A DNA stretch of 46,385 bases from a virus (taxonomy: Duplodnaviria; Caudoviricetes): the IMG/VR virus record IMGVR_UViG_3300048565_000023, positions 1 to 46,385 of that record; one strand, 5' to 3'. Both the position numbers and the translations under genes were made by a program. This document shows positions 34,333 to 44,316 of this stretch, one piece after another. The notes beneath the pieces were generated by a model, which was not told the origin of the DNA, searched no databases, and saw only the letters and a list, made by a program, of their open reading frames with translations. Within the stretch, counting starts at the first letter, position 1. Each line of letters starts with the position of its first letter.

Positions 34333-35415
34333 ATGCCAGTCTACCCAAGTGGTGGGGCGCAAAACACCTACCTCCCCCAGATCGAAGCGGCCGAAGACCT
34401 TCGGATTCGATACCTTCGGCCCAATGCAAGTTTCGCGCTTTCGCGTTGGACGAAGACCCGCACCGTGGAACACATGGTCGGTTATTACAACGTGATCGGA
34501 CGAGATCAATTCTCCCGAATCACCACGGCGACTTTGAGTCAGGCCAAATGGCCTGACGGAAAGCCGTTCCCAAACCAAACGGGGAACACGGAAAACTACG
34601 ACCTCAAGCCGTACCAGACCGAGCGATTTACGTTCGGCTTTGAAATGGGTGCTTTGGCTGTTGAGCAGGCCCCGTGGGATATCGTTCGCGACCATGCGGA
34701 CGGCACCATGATGCGGATGATGACCCTCCGGGCTTTTCGGGCGATCACTGCCGCGACGACCTCGGCGAACTACTCCGGGATGACGGCCACATCGACCACC
34801 ATCAACGGGGGCGGTAATCACTGGGGCGCGTCGAGTTCGACGAACCTCTACATCAAGAAGTCCATCAACTACGCGGTCAACAAGATCATCATCGCTTCCC
34901 GCGGTGCGGTCTCGGTTGAGGACTTGAAGCTCGTCATCAGTCCCACGCTTGCCCAGACCATTTCGGTTTCTCCGGAAATCGTGGCTCTGATGCAATACCG
35001 GGAAGGTGACAGCTACATCCGGGGACGGATGGGGCGCAATTCATCCTTCGGCTTGCCTGATGTGCTGTACGGCTGCGAACTGGTCATTGAAGACACGGTT
35101 CAAGTCACCAACCAAAAGGGCGACACCACGGCGGAATCGTACGTATTCCCCGATGCCACAGCGGTGGTTTGCGTTCGCAAGGGTGGACCGGACAACGGCG
35201 GAGCGAACGAAAGCTACACCGGTGGAAATGGTGCCAGTGTCGTGAAGCCCTCGTATGACTCGGTGCAGATATTCGAGTACCGCAATCAGTCCTTGCTGAT
35301 TGAGACCAAGTACGACGACGAAGACAAAATGCACAAGGGTCGCGTGATCGACAACAGCGACATCCGCGTGGTAGCGCCGAACAACAGCTACTTGCTGACC
35401 GGCCTGTTGACCTAG
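34333..35415 (+). CDS. Major capsid protein
   Basis: 360 aa; position after cement gene; LVIS, GLPDVLYG.ELVI motifs. Confidence 0.85.
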   Translation: MPVYPSGGAQNTYLPQIEAAEDLRIRYLRPNASFALSRWTKTRTVEHMVGYYNVIGRDQFSRITTATLSQAKWPDGKPFPNQTGNTENYDLKPYQTERFTFGFEMGALAVEQAPWDIVRDHADGTMMRMMTLRAFRAITAATTSANYSGMTATSTTINGGGNHWGASSSTNLYIKKSINYAVNKIIIASRGAVSVEDLKLVISPTLAQTISVSPEIVALMQYREGDSYIRGRMGRNSSFGLPDVLYGCELVIEDTVQVTNQKGDTTAESYVFPDATAVVCVRKGGPDNGGANESYTGGNGASVVKPSYDSVQIFEYRNQSLLIETKYDDEDKMHKGRVIDNSDIRVVAPNNSYLLTGLLT

Positions 35416-35437
35416 TTCGTTTGAAGGATGATCCCCG

Positions 35438-35971
35438 ATGGCGCTTTTGTACGTTACCGCAGCGAACATGCTCGCGGCCTATGACGCACGAACCATCGGG
35501 GATCTAGTGAATGACAACGCTGTTAAGGCTACGTCGGACGAACTATTGGCCCCCCATCCAAACTTGCTGTTTGCAATGGAGAACGCCGAAGCCGAAGCCC
35601 ACTCGAAACTAATCCAGGGCGGGCGGTACACGACGGCGCAACTGACTGGATTGACGGGCCACCCGTTGAACCTGCTTCGCGACATCGTTTGCAAGCTGAC
35701 GATGCTTCGGCTGTTCGACCGTAGGCCCTCCTACAAGAGCGATGCCCGCGAAAAGATCGCTCACGATTGCCAGAAGGCTTTAGAGCGAATTCGCAAGGGC
35801 GAAGACGTTCTAGACCTCACGCCAGACGATACCAGCGACGACGCGACGATGCCCGTGATGGTGAAAGACACCCCGCAATCGGTGCTTGCTCAGAACTTGA
35901 TCGTTGACGAGTGTACCGGGCCTCGCAGGTTTTACCCCGGTCGCATGTTCCAAGATCCGTACAACAGGTAA
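35438..35971 (+). CDS. Head-tail adaptor (Mu gp36/DUF1320-like)
   Basis: YVT...M...Y, RY, L..IVC.L....LF.RR, ALERIRKG. Confidence 0.8.
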   Translation: MALLYVTAANMLAAYDARTIGDLVNDNAVKATSDELLAPHPNLLFAMENAEAEAHSKLIQGGRYTTAQLTGLTGHPLNLLRDIVCKLTMLRLFDRRPSYKSDAREKIAHDCQKALERIRKGEDVLDLTPDDTSDDATMPVMVKDTPQSVLAQNLIVDECTGPRRFYPGRMFQDPYNR

Positions 35972-35977
35972 CGCAAC

Positions 35978-36562
35978 ATGGCTATCCCGGTAAATTGGTT
36001 CGGTAAGGCGCTGTTGCAGGTGTCATTCTTCAATGCCAACCTAAGCACGTTCGCGAGCCCTGTCGATTTCGGCTACAGCGAAAACGGCGTCGAGTTCGAA
36101 GAGCGTGAATTTACTTCGCCGGTTTACTCCGACGAAAACGGCGGTCAGCAGGGTGTGCCGTTCGACTATCAGGTGATGGGCGAACAGATCATGATTCGCA
36201 TTGCCATGTCGCGGTTCGACGCGGCAGTCGGCAAGACGATGAAACGCCCGTGGTCGGTTCCGCTATCTGACGGCATGATGCAAACGCCCGGCAAGTTGAT
36301 CTATCAAGATCGCGGATTCTTTCGCCTCGGCATCGGCAACAACGCTGCCGGGCTCGTGTTCCCCAAGTGCACGATTGCAGTCGAGCCCAAGACCTACAAC
36401 AAGGGCACGCGGAACGAAATCACGACTATGGCGGTTCTCGCGCAGGGCGGGCGCATCTCGACCGTTGTTTCGAACGTCGAAACGATCACATGGATGACGT
36501 ACGCCGAATCGGCCGTCAGCCTCGCGAACGCCTGGACTCTTTTGCCGTCGACCTACACGTAA
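35978..36562 (+). CDS. Tail tube protein (putative)
   Basis: FGYSENGVEF...PVYSD..G...D....GE; precedes frameshifting chaperone. Confidence 0.7.
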   Translation: MAIPVNWFGKALLQVSFFNANLSTFASPVDFGYSENGVEFEEREFTSPVYSDENGGQQGVPFDYQVMGEQIMIRIAMSRFDAAVGKTMKRPWSVPLSDGMMQTPGKLIYQDRGFFRLGIGNNAAGLVFPKCTIAVEPKTYNKGTRNEITTMAVLAQGGRISTVVSNVETITWMTYAESAVSLANAWTLLPSTYT

Positions 36563-36564
36563 TC

Positions 36565-37044
36565 ATGAAGCGCAAAACCTCTCGCAAGCCGCATAAGCCA
36601 CGCACGAAGAAAACGACCGACGCCGATCGTCGGATTTTTACCCACACCGTGGCCGGCATCACGATCCGTATCGATCCGCTCGAAGCGTTGTTCCGACTTC
36701 GCAGTTTTCCCGATTTTGATTGGGAAAAAGACCCGATCGCGATGGACGGCGGCGATCCTGGCGCCATGGAACGCACCATGCAGGCCGTTAATGCGATTTT
36801 TGGCGTGACGGACCTGGCCAACGGTGGTTTGACCATAACCGAGCGAATGGAACTGCTGCTTGCGTTTACGCAGTGGTGCGACGAGCAAAAAAAAACTTCC
36901 GAGCGTATGCCGACTTCGTTGCCGACCTCGGATTTATACCCGGAACCATCGACCACGCCGGAGTTGTCGGACTCTATCTCAACTCCGAGCGAATCATCGT
37001 GCGACGAAGCGTGCCTTTCAGCCTCGGAACCCGCAGCCCCTTAA
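36565..37044 (+). CDS. Tail assembly chaperone (gpG-like)
   Basis: Between tube and tape measure genes; contains A9 slippery run. Confidence 0.75.
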   Translation: MKRKTSRKPHKPRTKKTTDADRRIFTHTVAGITIRIDPLEALFRLRSFPDFDWEKDPIAMDGGDPGAMERTMQAVNAIFGVTDLANGGLTITERMELLLAFTQWCDEQKKTSERMPTSLPTSDLYPEPSTTPELSDSISTPSESSCDEACLSASEPAAP

Positions 37045-37148
37045 CGCTCGCTCAATTCAAGTCGCTTTACGCGGACGAAACCGAAGCGACGCGAGCCTTT
37101 GCCCTGTCTGAACTATCGAACGCCATCGCACCGTGGAGAAATAACTGA
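36888..37148 (+). CDS. -1 frameshift extension of the tail chaperone (gpGT-like)
   Basis: A AAA AAA at 36888-36894; -1 frame open until a TGA overlapping the next ATG at 37148. Confidence 0.75.
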   Translation, partial: KKNFRAYADFVADLGFIPGTIDHAGVVGLYLNSERIIVRRSVPFSLGTRSPLTLAQFKSLYADETEATRAFALSELSNAIAPWRNN

Positions 37149-38191
37149 TGCCAGCTCCACTGATTGGCGCCGCAATCTCTGGAATGTTCGCCGCGCTGGC
37201 TCGGATGATGCCGGCCGTCGCGAAGGGTGCTGAGGCCGCGGCGGCGACGTCTCAGGCGACGATGCGGGCGTTCGCTCGATCTCCGCAAATGATGGTGCAA
37301 GGCTTCCAGACCATTCGCGGGATGGCTCAGCGTGGCGCGTATGTCTCGCCAGCGCCAAACGCCTCTGGCCGCGATATGCGGACCGGCGAACAGATCGAAG
37401 CGGACAACGCACGAGCCGCATCGGCTGCAGGTGAACAGATCGAAGCGGACAACGCACGAGCCGCATCGGCTGCAGGTCCACAAAGCCCGTTTCGTCAACA
37501 AAGCTGGTTTCAGGATGCCGCACAAGGGTTGATGAATAGGGTCGTTGTCACGCCGACCGAAATCGGTAAGGCGACGGGTGCCGTCGGCAAGTTCATGTCG
37601 GCACCACACGAAGGCGCCGGTGCGATTGGTGGCTTTTTGGCTAAGGAAGGCTTGGGCGTTGCGGCGTCGTTCGTGAAGTTGCAGCAGCCCATCGCACCCC
37701 TGGCCGAACGGATTCGCGATCTCGGCAATGAAGTAATCGAGTCGAAGCGAAACTTTCAGGATTTGAACGGCACATACGCCGCGGCCTTCGCTCGCCTGGA
37801 CGTCGCACGCGAAAAGGGCTCGATCGAGACCGCTCGACTGACGGCAGGTTCGTCGTCGTTTTTGGTCGATCAGCAGATTGCCCTAGAGAAGGCACTGCGT
37901 CCGATTCTGGCCAGCGTGGAGAACGTGAAGAACACCGGGCTAGCGGTTCTGATTCAAGCGACCCTTGGAATCTTGGAGCAGGTAAAGGTTTCCGAACAGG
38001 TGCTCGGCGCCATCCTCGACAAGATCCCAGGATTCAAGCAGTTCAAGGATCTGATGGACGATATCGAAAAGACAAATAAGGGAAGTGACGCAGCGATTAG
38101 CGCCGGAATTCGCGGTTTCATTGATCGTATTTCGAAGCATGCGCAAGGTGGTGGCGATCCCCTTCGGCCTCCATTGGCGTGGGGGCGATAG
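37148..38191 (+). CDS. Short tape measure protein (putative)
   Basis: Ala/Gly-rich helical protein directly after chaperone. Confidence 0.65.
   Translation: MPAPLIGAAISGMFAALARMMPAVAKGAEAAAATSQATMRAFARSPQMMVQGFQTIRGMAQRGAYVSPAPNASGRDMRTGEQIEADNARAASAAGEQIEADNARAASAAGPQSPFRQQSWFQDAAQGLMNRVVVTPTEIGKATGAVGKFMSAPHEGAGAIGGFLAKEGLGVAASFVKLQQPIAPLAERIRDLGNEVIESKRNFQDLNGTYAAAFARLDVAREKGSIETARLTAGSSSFLVDQQIALEKALRPILASVENVKNTGLAVLIQATLGILEQVKVSEQVLGAILDKIPGFKQFKDLMDDIEKTNKGSDAAISAGIRGFIDRISKHAQGGGDPLRPPLAWGR
37388..37477 (+). repeat. Perfect 45-bp tandem duplication (EQIEADNARAASAAG x2)
   Basis: 37388-37432 = 37433-37477. Confidence 0.95.
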
Positions 38192-39970
38192 ATGAGCACC
38201 GACATTGTTTACAACGGGATCACGCTTCGGAACGTCTTTCTCGAAGAGTTCAAACAAGTCGATTTGCGAGACGCGAGCAACACCGACCAAGCTGGTTGGG
38301 AGTTCACGATTACCTGCGAGTCGCTTATTCACGTGGCGTCGTATAACACCGCAGTGCTTGGTGGCTCGCCCGTGATTGGCGTTCTGAATCCTTCGGGCGT
38401 CGTTCCTGCACTGGACGCAGGCGGCGTTCTGAACCTTGTACGCACCCAGCTAAACGAAGATCGCAAGCCGTTCGTCATGACAATGGGCGGCACGACTGTT
38501 TTGGAAGCGACAACGAACACCGAGATTCGCAATGGCCCGAAGGTTCTGTTTTGCAACGTCACACAAATATCCTCAGCAACACTGCGTGCTAAATGGTCGA
38601 TTCAGATCGTGTTGACTGCGTGCCCTTACGGCAGCGGCAACGCCGAATGGCCGGTGATCTCTAACCGCTGGTCAGTCTCAGACGACATTGACAGCACGAA
38701 TCGTTCGGTCCGCACGTGGCAGGGTACGCTTATCCTTGCTCACCTGCCCGCGATTCGGACGCCGCACCTGTTTCGGCACCTATGCGTGCCGCCCGTCTTC
38801 CCAGGCTGGCAACGAACGGCCATGCGATTCACAGGCGAGCCCAGTGGCCTGATCCTGAATTACAGCGTGACGGATCAGCAGCTTTCGTGCGAAGCCCCGC
38901 CGTTTCCGGCGATGGACTACCAGCTCACGCACTCGAAGCGATGGAACGCGGTCACTACGCGACAGGTCGAAAACATTCAGGTCGAACTGACTGGCGCCGC
39001 CCAGGTCAATCGAACCTACTTGGCCGAACGCGCTTTCCAGATTGTCCAGTCTCGCGGACGATTCGGTGTGACCGCCGATTTCGATAGGCGAATCATACGG
39101 GACTTCGGAATCGTGGAAGTTGCCACCAAGGATGGTTCTCGCGTTTCGGCTTCGGTGATGATCGAGCATTTTGCACTCGACAATAGCAGTCCCATCTTGG
39201 GCATGGCCGATTTAAAGCCGATCGGCGACGTGCTGAGTCTGCCTCAGCCGGAGGATTCAAGCGACCCAAACTTTTACGACCCCAACAAACATTGGTGGAA
39301 TGGATCGCCATGGGGAACGGGCATGGGGCTGGTTGTTTCGACTCTCGCCGCCGCCTGGCAGACCCCCTGCACTTCCGGTCACGCCAACGTACAGGGCGGA
39401 GTCGTTCCACCAACGCCGCCGACTCCGACGACCGAACAGCCGGCGCCGCAGGTGACTTGGCAGCAAGGCCCCGCGGTGAGCATGCAGTCGCCCCAAATTG
39501 CCGAGGAAGCACAAGATCACCCGTATAGCAGCGCCCGAGTCGAGAGCGAACTAAATACCAAACGTGGTTGGGTTGGCCTGCCTCTCGCCGCCGAGCCCAC
39601 ATCGGGGCCATCGGTCATTGGCATTCAACTTCATGCGCCGACGACGATTCGAACGCTACGTTGCGTCTTTGAGCGAATCGGCGCCTGGCCGAACAAGATC
39701 ATCAAGGCCAAGCAGTTCACCGATACAAACGGCGTGGTCCATTGGCCGCTAGATGATGGGCTTACGACTCAGGCCCGTGAAAAATTGCCGGACGGAAAAG
39801 ATTTGTACTCGATCACTGCGATCTATCGTTTTCAACTCGATCGACAGTACGCCAGTAATCAGCCGATTCCCGTGGGTGTGTTGCCGTGGGATGTGCAGAC
39901 CCAAAATGATACGCGCATTCCCACGAATTCGTTTATCGATCCTGACGACAACACGAAAGGGATCAATTGA
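38192..39970 (+). CDS. Tail tip/distal tail protein (putative)
   Basis: 592-aa beta-rich protein after tape measure. Confidence 0.6.
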   Translation: MSTDIVYNGITLRNVFLEEFKQVDLRDASNTDQAGWEFTITCESLIHVASYNTAVLGGSPVIGVLNPSGVVPALDAGGVLNLVRTQLNEDRKPFVMTMGGTTVLEATTNTEIRNGPKVLFCNVTQISSATLRAKWSIQIVLTACPYGSGNAEWPVISNRWSVSDDIDSTNRSVRTWQGTLILAHLPAIRTPHLFRHLCVPPVFPGWQRTAMRFTGEPSGLILNYSVTDQQLSCEAPPFPAMDYQLTHSKRWNAVTTRQVENIQVELTGAAQVNRTYLAERAFQIVQSRGRFGVTADFDRRIIRDFGIVEVATKDGSRVSASVMIEHFALDNSSPILGMADLKPIGDVLSLPQPEDSSDPNFYDPNKHWWNGSPWGTGMGLVVSTLAAAWQTPCTSGHANVQGGVVPPTPPTPTTEQPAPQVTWQQGPAVSMQSPQIAEEAQDHPYSSARVESELNTKRGWVGLPLAAEPTSGPSVIGIQLHAPTTIRTLRCVFERIGAWPNKIIKAKQFTDTNGVVHWPLDDGLTTQAREKLPDGKDLYSITAIYRFQLDRQYASNQPIPVGVLPWDVQTQNDTRIPTNSFIDPDDNTKGIN

Positions 39971-40231
39971 CTATTTGCGAGCCTTGTTAGCTTCGCGATT
40001 GACCATGTCCCGAACCGCATCCGAAAACGCTTGTTGTTTTTGCATTTCCGCCGCTCGCTCTTGATCTCTTCGAATCTTGTTTGCTCGCGCGTTCCACTGC
40101 TGCCACCCAACGTAAAGCCAAACCGTAAGACCGCAGAACAGCATCAACGCAAGAAAAACACCGACGAAGACAGCAATTGTGAATTTGAAATAGTTCGGTT
40201 GCTGCCCGTTGCGTTCCTGAAACGGATTCAT
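39971..40231 (-). CDS. Antisense single-TM membrane protein (moron-like)
   Basis: TM FTIAVFVGVFLALMLFCGLTVWLYVGW plus coiled coil; exactly fills the gap. Confidence 0.75.
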   Translation of the reverse strand: MNPFQERNGQQPNYFKFTIAVFVGVFLALMLFCGLTVWLYVGWQQWNARANKIRRDQERAAEMQKQQAFSDAVRDMVNREANKARK

Positions 40232-40233
40232 AA

Positions 40234-40734
40234 ATGCCCACCACCCTTGCTTACGCCGAATTCAAAGACATTCTGTTGGCCATTGTTGCGCGCCTCCGAG
40301 ACGAATTGCAACTTACCGAGCACAACGGCCGGTTAGTTGTCGACCCGGATAACGAAGAATCGGCCATTTCTGGCGGTTTGTGGCTGACCATCGCCCCCAA
40401 ATCCGGCAGGTTCGTTGATTCCATGATGGACGCGGGCCGAGCAACCCTTGGAACCGATACCGGGGTAGGCGTTCGAATCAACACGAACCTCAAAAGCGAT
40501 CCCATCGGTGCAGACGAGGAATTGCTGTGCGACTCGTCCTACGGCATTCCAGCGGCCATGACAAAGGTTCTAGACGCTCTGTCTCTCGAATGGATGCCGA
40601 CATACCCAGACGGCGAAGGAATGCTCAGGCAGCCCATGCGGCCCGTTGGGTTTGATTTCGGCAAGGGCGAAGACGTGGGCTACGTGGAGATCCAATTCAG
40701 CGTCCTCTTCGACTGGTATCTAGGGGAACGCTAG
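40234..40734 (+). CDS. Tail completion/terminator-like protein (putative)
   Basis: IL.AI..RL N-terminal helix, 166 aa, terminal beta strand. Confidence 0.5.
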   Translation: MPTTLAYAEFKDILLAIVARLRDELQLTEHNGRLVVDPDNEESAISGGLWLTIAPKSGRFVDSMMDAGRATLGTDTGVGVRINTNLKSDPIGADEELLCDSSYGIPAAMTKVLDALSLEWMPTYPDGEGMLRQPMRPVGFDFGKGEDVGYVEIQFSVLFDWYLGER

Positions 40735-42632
40735 TGCTGGCCACGATCAACAACGTAACCATTCTTCAACCTGATCCGGGCGGCGATCTAGAACGCTGGC
40801 TGTCGTCGCATTGGCCGGAACTCGAAACGCAATTGCAGGAAGTCGCACGCAACAACCAGCCACGGCAAGGCGGTTACGGCGGCTACTTCGGCCCTGGCTG
40901 GCGCGAAACGCCGATCGTCAAGTTGAATTCGCTCTACTGGCCAACCGGTGGCAGTCGTTTTCCTTTCGGTTGTTTTCTCGCCGACGAAGCTAGCCGCAAC
41001 AGCATGTACCGTTTTGGCGGTTCGTCGCAGGATAACTACGTCTCGGCGATCTTGCGACTTGGCAACGTCGACACCGAGGCCGCGGCGATCACGATTGTGA
41101 TGATGCTCCTACACTCGATCCCACTGGTCGGGGCGCCGAGTGCCACGCCGCTTTGGTTAGTGCCGCTGATCGGGAATCCAGGCGTTTGCAACGAGCAAGA
41201 GCCGTACTATCCGGGCGCCACATGGACGGGCAGCGATGATCCAACGCCGATCGCAGCCTATCAGGCTTTCGACCGTGAATCGATCGGCGGCGGCAGATTC
41301 GTGCCGGAAGAATTCATCGACGCGATGGGTTGGAGTCACCAACGCCGTGGCTGTCGAGAGATTCGCGGGTCGAGCGACAGTTACGTCGCGCGGCTGGTGT
41401 GGCGCACGGCCAGCGAGTGCCAGACCACCCTGGACGCTCAAATCGATTCGTTCAAAGGGCTGAATCTGTCGGGCGGCGTCGTGAACGATGGTGCGGTTCA
41501 CCAGCAAGTGCGATTCATGCATCCGATTTTCTTCGACTATCACCGGGCACAAATCACCGGCCGCACGGGCAACGGTCCTCGATCGCAGTGGCCTAGCGAC
41601 AACATCCCTGGCGGCGAGTTCTACGCAGGGAGCGGGTTCGAGTACACGTACACGCCCAGCACGTCGCGGCCCAAAACGATGGGTTCGACGCGAATCAATT
41701 GCCGGTTTCCGCGACGGATTGTGCTTGGCAGCCTGACCAACGCGACCGACGTGACCGACTTTCACGCCCAGTGGTTGGCAGACTATCTCATTTGGACGTC
41801 GCGGTATTGCTCGATCGAGTACGCCGGCATCGTCCCATGGCAGTCGACCGGCTTCGACGATTACACGCTGTGGGAATGTTGGCCCGAACCGAAAACGCGA
41901 GTTGTGGGCCTGCCGCCGTCGACGCGTTGCGGCATCAATCTGGCCGGCTACGAAGTGACCGCAGCGACCTCGCACGACATGCCCGATATCGTGACGGGCT
42001 ACTGTTCGCACTGGAACGGCTACAACTACACGCCGACCGGGCAGTTCTATCTCACGAGAACGGGCACCGGGCCTTACACGTATTCGCGAGAGATTTTACA
42101 GCCAGACGATCCAGACGTTCTGCTGCCGAATCTGCCAACCGATGATTTTCAAGTAACGCTCGCGTGGGAGTGGGACTACACGCAATCGGCTTTGCGTTGG
42201 CGAATCATCCAGATTCAGCACGATACCGCAAAGGTGGTTCGACAGTCGGCCTTGGGCTTTGTCGCGATCGGTTCGACTTGCATCGTGGACTATAACAAGC
42301 GATACGACATTAAGGCCCCGATTGGTTTCGTAGAGCCTAGCGATACTTCCCTATTCCCCGGCGAAGCATTCGGCGACGAGGCCGCATCTTGCTCAGGTGG
42401 AACGGGCGGCGGATCGCCTGGCTGCGAATTGGGTTCGTACGATCCCGGTCCTGGCTGGGCGTCTGTCGGTTCTTACGGCAGTTACGCGCAAGCGTTCACG
42501 AACTTCAGCGCGTCGAGCCCGCCGGCCGCCCCACCAAGCGGCAGTTGGTCGGTTATCAGCGGTACTTATCCGTTTTCATGGGAGGCCGTTGACTGCAACT
42601 GGCTTGCCCGCGGAGCGATCGCCCCTCCATGA
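40734..42632 (+). CDS. Tail tip/baseplate hub-like protein (putative)
   Basis: 632 aa, aromatic/Gly-rich, end of tail module. Confidence 0.55.
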   Translation: MLATINNVTILQPDPGGDLERWLSSHWPELETQLQEVARNNQPRQGGYGGYFGPGWRETPIVKLNSLYWPTGGSRFPFGCFLADEASRNSMYRFGGSSQDNYVSAILRLGNVDTEAAAITIVMMLLHSIPLVGAPSATPLWLVPLIGNPGVCNEQEPYYPGATWTGSDDPTPIAAYQAFDRESIGGGRFVPEEFIDAMGWSHQRRGCREIRGSSDSYVARLVWRTASECQTTLDAQIDSFKGLNLSGGVVNDGAVHQQVRFMHPIFFDYHRAQITGRTGNGPRSQWPSDNIPGGEFYAGSGFEYTYTPSTSRPKTMGSTRINCRFPRRIVLGSLTNATDVTDFHAQWLADYLIWTSRYCSIEYAGIVPWQSTGFDDYTLWECWPEPKTRVVGLPPSTRCGINLAGYEVTAATSHDMPDIVTGYCSHWNGYNYTPTGQFYLTRTGTGPYTYSREILQPDDPDVLLPNLPTDDFQVTLAWEWDYTQSALRWRIIQIQHDTAKVVRQSALGFVAIGSTCIVDYNKRYDIKAPIGFVEPSDTSLFPGEAFGDEAASCSGGTGGGSPGCELGSYDPGPGWASVGSYGSYAQAFTNFSASSPPAAPPSGSWSVISGTYPFSWEAVDCNWLARGAIAPP

Positions 42633-43648
42633 TTTGCCCCCATCTAGGCCCGGTCCAAGTTCCGCATTTCAAGATTGCCAGTGGAGTCGTGAAGCCGCTT
42701 CACGTCTGCCACCATCCGGCCAACGAGCATAAAGCGGCCATTCAGGCGATTTGCGAATCGTGCACGCCGAAACCGAACGATCCGGTGGCGTGCTCGCATT
42801 GCCCGTGGATTGATCCCGCAACCGGCGAAGAGCGGTCAGAACCGTTGCCGGCAGTCGTTTCCGAATTCCACAACAACCTGGACGGTCGCATGTTGGTCAC
42901 TGCCCCGCCACCAGGATCGGCAAAGGTGAAGATCGTTCCATTTACAGGGAGCTCGCCGAGCCCGCCACCAAAAGCAAAACGAACTGCCGTTGTCAGTTAC
43001 GCCATCGGGCAGGAAGTGTGCGCCGAGCAGGCGGTCACGGCACCAAATCACCGAGCCTACGCAAATCGAATCGGTGCCGAGTTCATTATGCGATCGTGGC
43101 CGAATGCAACCCTGCCCTACGGTCCGGCCATCAAGTGGGAAGCCGCCAAGCACGCGAAAGACTACGACGCGATTCTTGTGCTAGATCCCGACGTGGTTGT
43201 AACTCGCCGCGCGCCGAACATCTTTGATTTTGTGCCGCTCGGAGTTTGGGGCGTGGTCGACGAACGCCCGCACCTGCGATATCCGCAATTTGGTCTAGCC
43301 GCTCAAGAGACGGCGGCGAGAGACTTGGGAATCGTCAACCACTGGGCGCCGCACATCGCCAACGGTGGTGTGATGGTGATGCCGCCCGATGCCGAGCGGG
43401 TCTATTACGCCAGTGAATTCGGCCTTGGACACTGGGAGCGCGAACAGGCGGTTTTGTCGGTTCACCTGCAAAACGGTGATGCTCCTTACAGATTGCTCGA
43501 TCCTCGCTTCAACACGTGTTGGCACTATCGAACGGGCTTCGACGTCCACCGGGCCTGGATGATTCACCGGGCCGGCCAGAACGCTACAGAAAGCTCGGAA
43601 GCACGATTTCGCGGACTAGTTACCGACGTTGCAAGGGAGACGCCCTAA
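42629..43648 (+). CDS. GT-A glycosyltransferase with Cys-rich N-terminal extension
   Basis: AYA.RIGAEF, YD.ILVLDPDVVV...APNIFD, NGGVMV, EQ, RFN, MIH.AG. Confidence 0.85.
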   Translation: MICPHLGPVQVPHFKIASGVVKPLHVCHHPANEHKAAIQAICESCTPKPNDPVACSHCPWIDPATGEERSEPLPAVVSEFHNNLDGRMLVTAPPPGSAKVKIVPFTGSSPSPPPKAKRTAVVSYAIGQEVCAEQAVTAPNHRAYANRIGAEFIMRSWPNATLPYGPAIKWEAAKHAKDYDAILVLDPDVVVTRRAPNIFDFVPLGVWGVVDERPHLRYPQFGLAAQETAARDLGIVNHWAPHIANGGVMVMPPDAERVYYASEFGLGHWEREQAVLSVHLQNGDAPYRLLDPRFNTCWHYRTGFDVHRAWMIHRAGQNATESSEARFRGLVTDVARETP

Positions 43649-44316
43649 TGTCGCGATGCGTTATCGACGTGGCTTTTGGCGAAGTCGTCGCCGCTGAACA
43701 GTTTGCAGTCTCGGACAATCACGCGGCGTATGCAGAAAAGTGCGGCGCCGATTACATTCGCCTGACGAGTTGGACGGGGCAATCCGGCTACGGTTGCTCG
43801 GCAAAACTCGCGATACTGCCGTATCTCGAACAGTACGATCAAACGCTTTACCTCGATTGCGACGTGGTTGTTACGAAGCGAGCACCGAACATCTTCGACG
43901 AAGTGCCGGTCGGTTACTGGGCGGGCATTGATGAAATGGGCTGCGTTCATATTCAGCCCGACCACTGGCAGAAAATCGCCGACACGATTGCCGATGCGAT
44001 CACGATTCCAAGGTTTCGACAGCCGTTCGTTTGGAATGGCGGCGTCATCATGATGCCGCGCGGCGAAGGATGGATTCTTGATCCGCCCAAATCGCCGGTG
44101 CCGTCCGAGTGGACGTTCGATCAAGTGTGGCTGTCGATGCAGGTAGTTCGCTGGGAGCGCCCGCATATTTGCCTCGATCGCCGATGGAACCAAACCCCCT
44201 GGATGCCCGATCCCGAACGCGGAAACGATCGAGCGTTTTTCATTCACCAGAACGATTCAGAGCGACAAACCCGCCACCTACGAATCAAAGAGCACCTGGA
44301 AAAGCACGGCCTTTAG
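43648..44316 (+). CDS. GT-A glycosyltransferase (paralogue of the preceding gene)
   Basis: AYA.KCGADY, YDQTLYLDCDVVV...APNIFD, NGGVIM, DQ, RWN, FIH. Confidence 0.88.
   Translation: MSRCVIDVAFGEVVAAEQFAVSDNHAAYAEKCGADYIRLTSWTGQSGYGCSAKLAILPYLEQYDQTLYLDCDVVVTKRAPNIFDEVPVGYWAGIDEMGCVHIQPDHWQKIADTIADAITIPRFRQPFVWNGGVIMMPRGEGWILDPPKSPVPSEWTFDQVWLSMQVVRWERPHICLDRRWNQTPWMPDPERGNDRAFFIHQNDSERQTRHLRIKEHLEKHGL

Noticed and set aside
37388-37477. Duplication as a DGR template/variable repeat pair
   Set aside because: Copies are adjacent and identical, with no adenine-specific changes and no reverse transcriptase
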